Shown one piece after another: positions 1 to 9,467 of a stretch of 64,000 nt of DNA (positions are counted from its first letter, which is position 1; the number at the start of each line of letters is the position of its first letter). Under the pieces are notes generated by a model that made no database searches, was not told the origin of the DNA, and saw only the letters and a program-made list of their open reading frames with translations. The stretch is from the NCBI GenBank assembly GCA_038831915.1, contig JAWBKB010000005.1, positions 1 to 64,000 of the forward strand. Reading direction: 5' to 3'. The stretch comes from Candidatus Caldarchaeum sp. Its GTDB lineage: Archaea; Thermoproteota; Nitrososphaeria_A; Caldarchaeales; Caldarchaeaceae. The position numbers and the translations under genes were made by a program.

Positions 1-212
1 TCCTGGGCTTACGCATGGAATTGAAGACCCTCCCCAGCCTATGAACCCACTCCCCAACACTCTCCCTAGAGGCATACCTCTCAGACACATCCCTAAAGCT
101 AAGCCTTCTCAGAAGAACTATAGTTATGGAACCTGAAGAGGCTGGAGAAATGCTCAACCAAGCAGTCGAAGACATGCACAGCCGATAGGGGAACAGCCCA
201 GGCCATAACCAT
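1..212 (-). pseudogene. Frameshifted IS6-type transposase N-terminus
   Basis: ATG at 212 gives MVMAWAVP...HNYSSSEKA* with a stop at 99-101. A second frame continues LSFRDVSERYASRESVGEWVHRLG, resembling the IS6 HTH (LS.R.V....S...V..WV). Confidence 0.6.
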
Positions 213-240
213 TCCGAGAAAGACTTAAGTTGACAGTGCC
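1..240 (-). mobile_element. IS6-family insertion sequence relic, left end; element continues beyond the window start
   Basis: Minus strand reads GGCACTGTCAACTTAAGT from 240, similar to IS26/IS6 terminal inverted repeats (GGCACTGT...). It is followed by a transposase-like N-terminus. Confidence 0.7.
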
Positions 241-318
241 TTGTTTAGAAACACTAAATCTTTAATAGAGATTTGTGTTTGACGGCCGTAGCTTCGACAA
301 GTACACGGTGGTCAACCG

Positions 319-1935
319 ATGGTTAAGTGGCGGACTCTTGTTCACAACGGTGTAGCTGTTCCTCCATCCTATCAGCCCAAAGGATTCACCATCAAAATCC
401 GCGGCGAAACCGTGGCCCTCGACCCGCTGCAGGAAGAAATGGCTTATGCATGGGCCCTGAAAAAAGACACAGCATACGTCCAAGACCCAGTTTTCCAGAA
501 AAACTTCCTCCAAGATTTCCTCAAAACATTCAACGGTAAATTTGACGGCGTCAGTATTGATGACATCGATTTTTCCGAAATTTTCGCATACGTTGACCGC
601 GAAAAACAGCTTAAAGCCGATAAGGAATATCGGAAACGTCTTTCGGCTGAGCGGAAAAAGCTGCGTGAAGAGTTGAAGGCGCGTTATGGCTGGGCGGAGA
701 TGGATGGCAAACGGTTCGAAGTCGCCAACTGGATGGTTGAGCCGCCCGGTATCTTCATGGGCCGCGGTGCTCATCCATTAAGAGGCCGGTGGAAACCACG
801 CATATACGAAAAAGACATCACTCTCAACCTCGGCGAAGACGCACCCATCCCACCAGGCGACTGGGGCCAAATCATCCACGACCACGACTCGATGTGGCTC
901 GCACGATGGAATGACAAACTCACCGGCAAGGAAAAATACGTATGGCTAAGCGACACAGCCGACATCAAACAGAAACGCGACCGCATGAAATACGACAAAG
1001 CCACCGTACTTGAGAAACATGTCGAAAAAGTTCGGCAGAAAATCATCGAAGGACTCAGCTCCGAAGACCCCAAAATGCGTGAAATCGCTTTGGCGTGTTA
1101 TTTGATTGACAGGCTCGCGATGAGGGTGGGCGACGAAAAAGACCCTGACGAAGCCGACACGGTCGGCGCAACCACTTTGAGGGTTGAACATGTCAAGCTT
1201 CACCGCGACCGCGTGGATTTTGATTTTCTCGGCAAAGACAGCGTCCGGTGGAACAAGTCCATTGACCTCCGCAACGAACCGCCCGAAGTCGCGAAAGTGT
1301 TTAAAGAGCTTCTCAACGACAAACAACCCGGAGACCAAATATTTCAGAACATCAACAGCCGTCACGTCAACCGCTTCCTCGGCAAAATCGTCAAAGGCCT
1401 CACCGCCAAAGTTTTCAGAACATACATAGCTACGAAAATTGTCAAAGACTACTTAGCCACTATTCCGCGCGAAAAAGTCACATCTCAGGAACGGTTCATT
1501 TACTACGCGAAGCTCGCCAACCTCAAAGCCGCTGAAGCACTCAACCACAAAAGAGCTCCGCCGAAAAACTGGGAACAATCGATTCAGAAAAAAGAGGAAA
1601 GAGTGAAGAAGCTGATGCAGCAGCTCCGTGAAGCCTCTTCAGAGAAAAAGAAAGCACGAATCGCCGCTAGTCTCGAGAAAGCCGAGCTCAACCTCGACCT
1701 CGCCGTAAAAGTCCGGGACTACAACCTGTCGACTTCGCTGCGAAACTATATCGACCCACGAGTCTTCAAAGCATGGGGCAAATACACATCTTTCGACTGG
1801 CGAAAGATCTATACGGCCAGCCTTCTCCGCAAATTCAAATGGGTGGAAAAAGCATCAGTCAACGAGCTGCTGAATTTCTTCAGAGCAGATGAAGACGTGT
1901 TGAAGAAAGACATTCAGGTAAAGGCTTCTACTTAG
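319..1935 (+). CDS. DNA topoisomerase IB, eukaryote-like, single chain
   Basis: N-terminal KWRTLVHNG; EPPGIFMGRGAHP; catalytic residues in AMRVGDEKD, FLGKDS, KVFRTY, LNHKR and active-site Tyr in SLRNYIDPR. Confidence 0.97.
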   Translation: MVKWRTLVHNGVAVPPSYQPKGFTIKIRGETVALDPLQEEMAYAWALKKDTAYVQDPVFQKNFLQDFLKTFNGKFDGVSIDDIDFSEIFAYVDREKQLKADKEYRKRLSAERKKLREELKARYGWAEMDGKRFEVANWMVEPPGIFMGRGAHPLRGRWKPRIYEKDITLNLGEDAPIPPGDWGQIIHDHDSMWLARWNDKLTGKEKYVWLSDTADIKQKRDRMKYDKATVLEKHVEKVRQKIIEGLSSEDPKMREIALACYLIDRLAMRVGDEKDPDEADTVGATTLRVEHVKLHRDRVDFDFLGKDSVRWNKSIDLRNEPPEVAKVFKELLNDKQPGDQIFQNINSRHVNRFLGKIVKGLTAKVFRTYIATKIVKDYLATIPREKVTSQERFIYYAKLANLKAAEALNHKRAPPKNWEQSIQKKEERVKKLMQQLREASSEKKKARIAASLEKAELNLDLAVKVRDYNLSTSLRNYIDPRVFKAWGKYTSFDWRKIYTASLLRKFKWVEKASVNELLNFFRADEDVLKKDIQVKAST

Positions 1936-1944
1936 TTTTTCTTG

Positions 1945-1992
1945 TTTATATATAGGATATTTACTCAAACTATATTAGAACATTCGAATATA
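1945..1992 (+). promoter_or_regulatory. TATA box plus palindromic operator of the dsrE-tusA-sqr-arsR operon
   Basis: TTTATATATA at 1945-1954; inverted repeat TATATTAGAA-CA-TTCGAATATA (9/10) at 1971-1992 over the expected transcription start. Confidence 0.6.
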
Positions 1993-2000
1993 CTAATGGT

Positions 2001-2501
2001 ATGTCACAAGCCCAAACCGTAAAACAAATAGAACCAACCCCCCAAACAAACAAACTCTGCATCATCCTTTCGAAAGGAACGCTTGACATGGCTTATCCAG
2101 CTTTCATGCTTGCGAACGCCGCCGCAGTGATGGGATACGAAGTTCACATCTTCTTCACATTTTGGGGAATGAACGTTATCGATAAACGGATAATCGACAA
2201 CCTCAAAGTATCTTCGGTCGGAAACCCGGCGTTGCCAATGCCGAACCTGTTGGGTGCTCTACCCGGCATGACCGCGATGGTTACGAGAATGCTGAAAGGC
2301 AAGATGGCGAAGCAGAAAGTTCCTTCGATTCGTGAGTTGGTGAAGACGGCGAAGGAGAACGGCGTCAAGCTACATGCATGCTCGACAACCATGGACGTCA
2401 TGGGTTTGAAGAAGGAAGACTTCATAACCGAAGTCGATGACATCGTCGGAGCAGCCAGCTTCATCCAAATGAGTGAAGGCGGCCAAGTCATCTTCATCTA
2501 A
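2001..2501 (+). CDS. DsrE/DsrF/DrsH-like (DsrE2-type) sulfur-carrier protein
   Basis: KGTLDMAYPAF, FFTFWG, ACSTTMDVMG and VGAASF motifs. Confidence 0.9.
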   Translation: MSQAQTVKQIEPTPQTNKLCIILSKGTLDMAYPAFMLANAAAVMGYEVHIFFTFWGMNVIDKRIIDNLKVSSVGNPALPMPNLLGALPGMTAMVTRMLKGKMAKQKVPSIRELVKTAKENGVKLHACSTTMDVMGLKKEDFITEVDDIVGAASFIQMSEGGQVIFI

Positions 2502-2515
2502 CGGAGGTGGATGAA

Positions 2516-2761
2516 ATGAGCCAGCCAACTCGGAAAATCATAGATTCTCGTGGAAGCTTCTGCCCAGGGCCTTTGACAGATTTGTTCAAAGCATACCGAG
2601 AAGCGAAAAACGGCGACATCCTCGAACTGCTCGCAACAGACCCGGCTGCTAAATCCGACGTTCAAGCATGGGCCAAAAAGACAGGAAACGTGGTTGAACA
2701 AATAATCGAAGAACAGGGATATCTCCGCATCATCGTCAGAGTCACGGCGAAGGGTGGGTAA
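2516..2761 (+). CDS. tusA: TusA/SirA-family sulfurtransferase
   Basis: DSRGSFCPGP (CPxP motif) and ATDP. SD GGAGGTG at 2503-2509 favours ATG 2516 over GTG 2507. Confidence 0.9.
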   Translation: MSQPTRKIIDSRGSFCPGPLTDLFKAYREAKNGDILELLATDPAAKSDVQAWAKKTGNVVEQIIEEQGYLRIIVRVTAKGG

Positions 2762-3959
2762 AGAATTGCAGCAAATAGTGATTGTCGGCGGTGGCACCGG
2801 CGGCACGCTTGCAGCTAACCTTCTCGCTTCAAAGCTTCGTAAGGAAATCAGTTCGGGCAAAGCATCGGTTACCCTTGTCAGCGAAAGCCCACGGCATGTT
2901 TTCCAGCCCGCAAACCTCGAAGTCGCCTTCCACGGAGCACGACCTGAAAAATACGTCCGCAAACAAAACACGCTTCTCAACAGAAGCATCAACTTTCTCA
3001 ACGAAAAAGTCGAAAAAATCAACATCGCCGACCGGATGCTGATGACTTCGTCGGGGAACGAGCTGCGGTATGACTACTTGATTCTGGCAACAGGCTCTAT
3101 AGCAGACCCCTCGCTTACCCCGGGCCTCGCCGAAGCAAGCCTGAATTTCCATGTTTCGCCGTGGGAATCAGCTCTAATCTGGGACGCTTTGAACAGGTTC
3201 GAGGGCGGAAAAGTCGTTTTGGTCATCGCCGGTGTTCCGCACAAATGTCCACCTGCTCCAACCGAAGCCATGTTCCTCCTCGACGACTACTTCCGCAAAA
3301 GAGGGATGAGAGACAAAGTCGAGCTGACTTTTCTCACACCCTATCCACACGCCTACCCCGCGAAAACAATCGCCGAAATCGTCCAACCACTCATGGAGAA
3401 AAGAGGAATAAACATCGTGCCGTTCTTCAACATCGAAAGCGTCGACCCAGCCAAGAAACGCGTTTACTCTCTCGAAGGCGAAGAAGTTCCCTACGACCTG
3501 TTGCTCGCCATTCCTCCGCATCGAGGAGCTAAGGTCATGACCGTCTCCGAAATAGGAGACAAAGATGGATGGGTTCCGGCAGATAAACATCTCATGACGG
3601 TCACAGGCTATGATGATGTTTTCGCCATCGGCGACGCCACGAACATCCCCGTCTCTAAATCAGGAGTGGTGGCTCACATTCAGGCCGGCATAGTGGCCCA
3701 CAACATCGCAGCAGACATAACTGGAGGCGATAGCGTGCTTCGCTATAACGGCCGTATCAACTGCCCGCTCGAAGTTGGAGGAGGCAAAGCATTATTCGTA
3801 TCCAGCACATATACGAGACCGCCGAAACACATGCAGCCGACACGCATCCGATACCTGATGAAGAAAAGCTTCGCGAGCCTTTACTGGATGATGTTGACAG
3901 GGAGACTCGAGCCCATTTTCAACATCTATTTCCGCGAAAAAGAGGATAAAGCGTCTTGA
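2754..3959 (+). CDS. sqr: Sulfide:quinone oxidoreductase-like FAD oxidoreductase (type III-like)
   Basis: GGGTGG FAD motif, KCPPAP, FAIGDA, second Cys in INCPLEVG; sulfur-relay gene context. Confidence 0.8.
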   Translation: MGKELQQIVIVGGGTGGTLAANLLASKLRKEISSGKASVTLVSESPRHVFQPANLEVAFHGARPEKYVRKQNTLLNRSINFLNEKVEKINIADRMLMTSSGNELRYDYLILATGSIADPSLTPGLAEASLNFHVSPWESALIWDALNRFEGGKVVLVIAGVPHKCPPAPTEAMFLLDDYFRKRGMRDKVELTFLTPYPHAYPAKTIAEIVQPLMEKRGINIVPFFNIESVDPAKKRVYSLEGEEVPYDLLLAIPPHRGAKVMTVSEIGDKDGWVPADKHLMTVTGYDDVFAIGDATNIPVSKSGVVAHIQAGIVAHNIAADITGGDSVLRYNGRINCPLEVGGGKALFVSSTYTRPPKHMQPTRIRYLMKKSFASLYWMMLTGRLEPIFNIYFREKEDKAS

Positions 3960-4279
3960 CGGTCGTCGAAACACAGTTTGATGAAATGTTCTACGACGCG
4001 TTAGCTGAGTTCTGCAAGGGACAAGCACATCCAAAACGGCTGATGATTCTACATCTTCTGATGAACGGCGAGAAATCAGTAGGCGAAATAGCGGAAACAC
4101 TCAAAATCGGTCAGCCCACGGTTTCCCAACACCTCAACTACATGAAGAGAAGCGGCGTCGTCAAATCACGCCGAGAAGGCAACATCGTTTACTACAGCCT
4201 CGCCGACCGACGCATCGCACAGGCATGCAGCATCATCACACAAGTCGTCAAAGAAAAACTAATCAAACCCAAACACTAA
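3956..4279 (+). CDS. ArsR/SmtB-family repressor with two Cys (BigR/SqrR-like)
   Basis: AHPKRLMIL, SVGEIAE, VSQHL, RREGNIVYY; Cys in the N-terminal helix (EFCKG) and the C-terminal helix (QACS). Confidence 0.88.
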   Translation: MTVVETQFDEMFYDALAEFCKGQAHPKRLMILHLLMNGEKSVGEIAETLKIGQPTVSQHLNYMKRSGVVKSRREGNIVYYSLADRRIAQACSIITQVVKEKLIKPKH

Positions 4280-4377
4280 CTCGATTCTTCAAAAAAGTTA
4301 ACCCAGCCCAAATCGCGAAAATCACACATACACGCGTTGAAAAATATAAGCAAGTTTACTGAAGAAACCTACAGCAG

Positions 4378-4998
4378 ATGTCCTCTAATCTCTTCGATGT
4401 AGTTGAAGGATCGCCTTTCTGGCCGTTCAATACGTTTCACACATTAACAGGCCTTCTGCCGATACTTTTGTTGTTAGCAGCAGCGGCCCAGACGTTTGCG
4501 TTCATCCAGCATCTGAGAGGCAGGGCCCAGCCAAAACGCGTAAAACCTTTCACACTCGTAGGCATGAACGTCACAGCTCCCGTTATAATCGCAATAACTA
4601 TGATACTCCTCTACCTGCTCGCCCTCTCCCTTTCACAGTTGATAGGTTTCGGCCTCGAGAACTTCGTCTACGTCCAGTCACTTGTCTTCTTCGTAGCCGC
4701 CCTTTATCCATCTTTCATACTCAAACCCGTTGAACGGCTCGGCTACATAGTTGCAGCCCTGTCCACCCAAGCCCTGATACTGTGGCTGTGTTACGTCGTT
4801 TCCTCAGCCAGCCTGTCGACGGTGGCCGGGTTTTTCCAATCCTTCATAGCCAACCAAACTGCCAGCATCACAATAGCGATGTTGGTGCACGTGCTTTTCA
4901 GGTATCTAGCCCCATGGGCTGTTGGCTCGCTAATAGCAATAATTTTCGCCACAGCCCTCACCATAATAGAAAAGATGGTGAAAAACAACTCTAGCTGA
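4378..4998 (+). CDS. Hypothetical multi-pass membrane protein
   Basis: 206-aa ORF with about 6 hydrophobic segments; TATA-like AAATATAA near 4341. Confidence 0.7.
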   Translation: MSSNLFDVVEGSPFWPFNTFHTLTGLLPILLLLAAAAQTFAFIQHLRGRAQPKRVKPFTLVGMNVTAPVIIAITMILLYLLALSLSQLIGFGLENFVYVQSLVFFVAALYPSFILKPVERLGYIVAALSTQALILWLCYVVSSASLSTVAGFFQSFIANQTASITIAMLVHVLFRYLAPWAVGSLIAIIFATALTIIEKMVKNNSS

Positions 4999-5179
4999 CA
5001 GATGTCGTTACGAAACTTGACCCCCAGAACAATTAAAAAGCAAACAACAATCATCAGTAATCCATCGGAACTGCTCTCCGACTACGAACGGCTGCCGAAT
5101 GATGGCTCGCCTTAAGCGGTACAGCAACGTTAGCCGCACGTGGAACCGTGCATAAAAAAGTCGTGTTTAAAATACTCGT

Positions 5180-6311
5180 ATGAGTGAACTGAGCGCAATA
5201 AGCAAAACTTCATCAGTGTTAGTTGCACTTTTAGTGGTCATCGGAGCTTTAGCGGCGGTTGGATGGACGAGAGAACCGGAAACGATAACCGTGACCAGAA
5301 CAACAACTGTCCGTGCCGGAGATGGAGGGTTACAAACCGTCACCCAAACAGTTTCAAGAGTTTTTACCTCCACGGTGGTCTCTACCGTGACGGCGACTCC
5401 TTCGCCCCCCACTCCGATAAAGATGCGTCTCGCCAGCATAGCCTTTCCGAGCTATATGATGTTCCTTCAGCTAATCATACAGGAGAAAAGGTTTGACCTT
5501 AAACACGGATTAGACATTACATGGGCCCCTCAGCCTACGATTGCCGGGTTTTACGCAACGATTAACACAGGAGAAGCAGATGGAATTCCTGGAGGAGGCC
5601 CATTAGTTTTTCAGAGAATGTATCTCGAAGGGAGCAAGCTCGTGATAACCAATACGCTTGTCCCAATGTCGGCTGTCTATATTGTGACTATGAGGGACGA
5701 CATCAACAGCATAAGAGACTTTATTGGTAAAAAGCTCGCTATAGATGTTGGAGCAACTGAATTCCTAATACTCAAAACTTATGGTCAAACCATTGGAATA
5801 AACGTGGAAAGAGACATAACCATAGTCCCATCAGCTTATCCCGTGGCGAGAGGCAGGCTTCTCACAGGCGAGGTTGACGCAGCTGTCTTGGTTGAACCGC
5901 ACATAGCCCTTGCCAGAGCTGAAAAACCGCAAATAAGAGTCGTGGCAAACTTGAATGATTTGTGGACATCGTTGACCGGCCAGCCTTTTGCCGTCTACCT
6001 AGTCACCGCTCTTTCTGAAAAGTTTGTTGGAGATAATCCGGATGCACCGAGACGGTTGATAGCTATGTTCCAGGAAGTAGAGGAATTTATAGCGAGGAAT
6101 CCTTCTGAAGCCGATAGAATTCTCACGAAAGGAATGAACTTACCTCAAGGAGTCATGCTTTATGGCATTTTGGCCGAAACTATCAGATTCAAATGTGTGC
6201 CAGCATGGACGGATGAAACGAGACCTGTCATCGAAAAAAATGTTCGAAGTCGCCAAAACCGCGGGAGTTGTCGCTGACTTACCAGGTCCCGCAATCATCT
6301 ACAAACCCTAA
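5180..6311 (+). CDS. NitT/TauT/SsuA-type ABC substrate-binding protein; C-terminus frameshifted in an A7 run
   Basis: N-terminal anchor, Thr-rich linker, SIRDFIGKKLA, GEVDAAVLVEP. The ORF ends at 6277; removing one A at 6234-6240 gives ...EKMFEVAKTAGVVADLPGPAIIYKP* ending 6311. Confidence 0.8.
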
Positions 6312-6340
6312 TCAATGAAAATGCATTCATTATTCAACCT

Positions 6341-7114
6341 ATGTTCATTAAAACTTCCTCCGAACATGCTGCTCTCAAAGTTTTTCGCGGTGTTTCGAGC
6401 TGGAAATACTACGCAATTTCACTTTTAGTCGTCGCGATTGCATGGGAAATAGCTTCACGTTTTCTTCCACCATACGTCATTCCAAGCTGGGCCCTCGTTA
6501 TCAATACTCTTCTTAACCTAAATCTGAACCACGCATGGATAACCATAGGACGCGTTTTGTTGGCCCTGGCTGCAGCTTTTGTAACCGGAATTGCTCTAGC
6601 AACAATGATGTATCTATCCCCAAAGTTTGAAAAATACATGACACCTGTTATCAATCTGATAATGGCTGTTCCAGCAATATGTTGGGTTCTATTCGCAATT
6701 CTTTGGTTCCGGGGTCAAGAGCTTAGGATATTTTTCGTGCTCTTCGCGGTGTGTTTGCCGGGATATGTGATAGATATCTTAGACGGGATAAAGAATATTC
6801 CCTTTCAACTTAGAGAGATGATGCTGTCATTCAGGCCTTCTACGGCCCAATTGATACGAAAGCTGATAATTCCTGCAATCATACCTAACATTCTTACCAC
6901 TTGGAAAATTAACCTCGGTTTAGGGATTAGAGTAGTAACAGTCGCCGAACTTGTTGGCACATTAACTGGAATAGGCTACGCTCTAAACTTTGCACTAGGA
7001 CAGCAAAGCATTCGAGAGATAACGGCGTGGACAATCGTCCTTGTTGTGTCACTCTTGTCACTTCAAGGCGTTATCTATCTCTTGGAAAAAAGGCTTCTGA
7101 GGTGGCGCAAATGA
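6341..7114 (+). CDS. NitT/TauT ABC permease
   Basis: TM helices, VPAICW, IIPAIIPNI, VAELVG...GIG. Confidence 0.9.
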   Translation: MFIKTSSEHAALKVFRGVSSWKYYAISLLVVAIAWEIASRFLPPYVIPSWALVINTLLNLNLNHAWITIGRVLLALAAAFVTGIALATMMYLSPKFEKYMTPVINLIMAVPAICWVLFAILWFRGQELRIFFVLFAVCLPGYVIDILDGIKNIPFQLREMMLSFRPSTAQLIRKLIIPAIIPNILTTWKINLGLGIRVVTVAELVGTLTGIGYALNFALGQQSIREITAWTIVLVVSLLSLQGVIYLLEKRLLRWRK

Positions 7115-7875
7115 TACAAGTTCAAAATCTTTCCAAAGTTTTTACCACCCAAAATAACGCCGAAGGATTCAAAGTTATTGACAACCTCTCTTTCTCAATA
7201 GCCCGCGGAGAGAAAGTTGGAATAGTCGGGGCAACAGGCTGTGGAAAATCCACATTCCTGAGGATAGTCCTTGGTGTGGAGAAACCGTCTGAAGGAAGAG
7301 TCCTGGTGGACGGCAGAGAGCAATATAAGGAATACAATTATTTCAAAGGCAGGATTACGGCTGTCTTCCAAGAAGACCGTCTACTTCCATGGCGAACAGC
7401 GATTGACAACGTCAAATTAGGTTTGGAAATTATGAATAGGGATAAAAATGAAGCTGTTAAAGAGGCTATGCGCTGGCTCGAAAGGCTTGGTTTAGGCAAA
7501 TTCGCGTTTGCTTATCCTTCTGAACTCAGTGGCGGAATGAGACAACGCGTGGCCATTGCAAGAGCTCTTATCATGAATCCTGAGGTAGTTCTGCTGGATG
7601 AGGCTTTTGGTCATCTGGACGAGGTTACTTCCCGCAGGCTCAGGCATGATTTCTTCGAACTATTAGGTGAAAGCGGGACAACCGTCATAATGGTCACCCA
7701 TAATCTCGACGAAGCTTTGGAAAGCGTGGACAGAATAATTGTGTTTGGTAGGCCAGCTCACGTTCTCGGAGACTTTAAGCTGTCGAATCATGATCCGAAA
7801 GACCTGAAGTTTATACTTCAACGTCTAATTGAGTTAAATGTTCCAATCTATCAGTTGAACGCCGGCAAGCTATAA
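7111..7875 (+). CDS. NitT/TauT ABC ATP-binding protein
   Basis: GATGCGKST, VFQEDRLLPW, LSGGMRQR, LLDEAF. ATG 7111 overlaps the permease stop (ATGA). Confidence 0.93.
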   Translation: MIQVQNLSKVFTTQNNAEGFKVIDNLSFSIARGEKVGIVGATGCGKSTFLRIVLGVEKPSEGRVLVDGREQYKEYNYFKGRITAVFQEDRLLPWRTAIDNVKLGLEIMNRDKNEAVKEAMRWLERLGLGKFAFAYPSELSGGMRQRVAIARALIMNPEVVLLDEAFGHLDEVTSRRLRHDFFELLGESGTTVIMVTHNLDEALESVDRIIVFGRPAHVLGDFKLSNHDPKDLKFILQRLIELNVPIYQLNAGKL

Positions 7876-7970
7876 ACTAAAAAACACAGTTCACTCGGAT
7901 AGGTAAGTTATTCACGGACGCAACTTTACGGGTAAAGCCATTTTAACGGCTTCTCCAGACATTTGATGGT

Positions 7971-9368
7971 TTGAAGACGGACATTGCACTAATTGGACTT
8001 GGTGTAATGGGAGAGAATCTTGCGCGGAACATAGCTGGGAAAGGGTTTAGCGTCGTGGTTTACAACCGCACGCGTGAAAAAACCAACAGACTAGTTTCCT
8101 CTGTGAAAAACGATCTCGACATCCGTCCTTCCTACAACCTGTCCGAGCTTGTGCAGAATCTCGAGAAACCGCGTCGGATTATTTTGATGGTTGAGGCCGG
8201 CAAAGCTGTTGACAGAGTTCTCGGCGAGCTGCTTCCTTTGCTCGAGACCGGTGATGTGGTGTTTGACTGCGGTAATTCGTTTTTCAAAGATACTGAAAGA
8301 AGGCAGCGGGTGTTTGAGGAAAAGGGTCTGATTTTGATGGGTGTCGGGGTGAGCGGCGGAGAGGAGGGCGCATTGAAGGGTCCTTCCATCATGGTTGGAG
8401 GCCCGCGCAGAGGCTACGAAGTTTCCGAATCTCTGTGGAAAGCTGTTGCGGCGAAGGCTGATGGCGAGCCCTGTGCCGGATACATGGGAGCTGGCGGCGC
8501 GGGCCATTTCGTTAAAATGGTTCACAACGGAATAGAATACGCTTTACTCCAGCAGATAGCCGAAACATACGACATCTTGCACCGCGGCCTCGGAAAATCG
8601 ACACCCGAAATCGGTGAAATTTTCCGCGAATGGAGCAAAGGCATTCTCAGCTCATTCCTTCTCGAAATCGCAGCCGACGCTCTTCAGACACGTGACGATG
8701 AAACAGGAAAACCCTTGGTCGAACTTGTCCTGGACAAGGCTGAGCAGAAGGGAACGGGCCGGTGGACCGTCCAAACAGCGGCGGAGCTCGGTGTTCCAAC
8801 ACCGTCGATAGACGCCGCCGTATCCGCGAGAAACATTTCAGCACTCAAACACCTCCGACAGCAAGCAAGCAGAAAATATTCCACCAGCACCAAGCAAATC
8901 GGAGAAAACGTGGTCAACCTGCTTCACGACGCATACCTGTGCTCAGCGATCGTTAACTACGTGCAGGGATTGCATCTCATCGATCAGGGTTCAAACAGCT
9001 ATGGATACGGGACGGTGTTGGATGATGTGTTGAAGGTTTGGCGGAACGGCTGCATCATACGGGCCGCTATTCTCCGTGACTTGAGAAAGGCTTTAGCAGA
9101 GGTTGGGGCGGCGGAGAAACTCCTTTTGTCTGATGCGTTGGCGGAGCTTCTCATCGACAGAATAATGAGCTGGAGACAATTGCTGACGATGACCCGTGAA
9201 GCAGGCATTCCAACACCTGTGTTCGACGCATCATACAACTACTATCTATCGATTACCTCCGAACAACTGCCCGCAAACGTTATCCAAGCACTTCGCGACA
9301 GGTTTGGCAGCCACACCTACCAACGCGTTGACAAACCCGGCACATTCCACAGCACGTGGAAACCATAA
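7971..9368 (+). CDS. gnd: 6-phosphogluconate dehydrogenase, decarboxylating, long NADP-type
   Basis: GLGVMG, YNRT, GVSGGEEGA, GHFVKMVHNGIEY, QKGTGRW, WRNGCIIR, QALRDRFGSH. Confidence 0.96.
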   Translation: MKTDIALIGLGVMGENLARNIAGKGFSVVVYNRTREKTNRLVSSVKNDLDIRPSYNLSELVQNLEKPRRIILMVEAGKAVDRVLGELLPLLETGDVVFDCGNSFFKDTERRQRVFEEKGLILMGVGVSGGEEGALKGPSIMVGGPRRGYEVSESLWKAVAAKADGEPCAGYMGAGGAGHFVKMVHNGIEYALLQQIAETYDILHRGLGKSTPEIGEIFREWSKGILSSFLLEIAADALQTRDDETGKPLVELVLDKAEQKGTGRWTVQTAAELGVPTPSIDAAVSARNISALKHLRQQASRKYSTSTKQIGENVVNLLHDAYLCSAIVNYVQGLHLIDQGSNSYGYGTVLDDVLKVWRNGCIIRAAILRDLRKALAEVGAAEKLLLSDALAELLIDRIMSWRQLLTMTREAGIPTPVFDASYNYYLSITSEQLPANVIQALRDRFGSHTYQRVDKPGTFHSTWKP

Positions 9369-9467
9369 CAAACACACCACGTAACTTCAGAAAATTGAAT
9401 AAACGCCGTCGTCGATAATTTTCGTGAATAATTTTTTCCAATCAAGTCATAGCTGGAGGGGAGGGAC

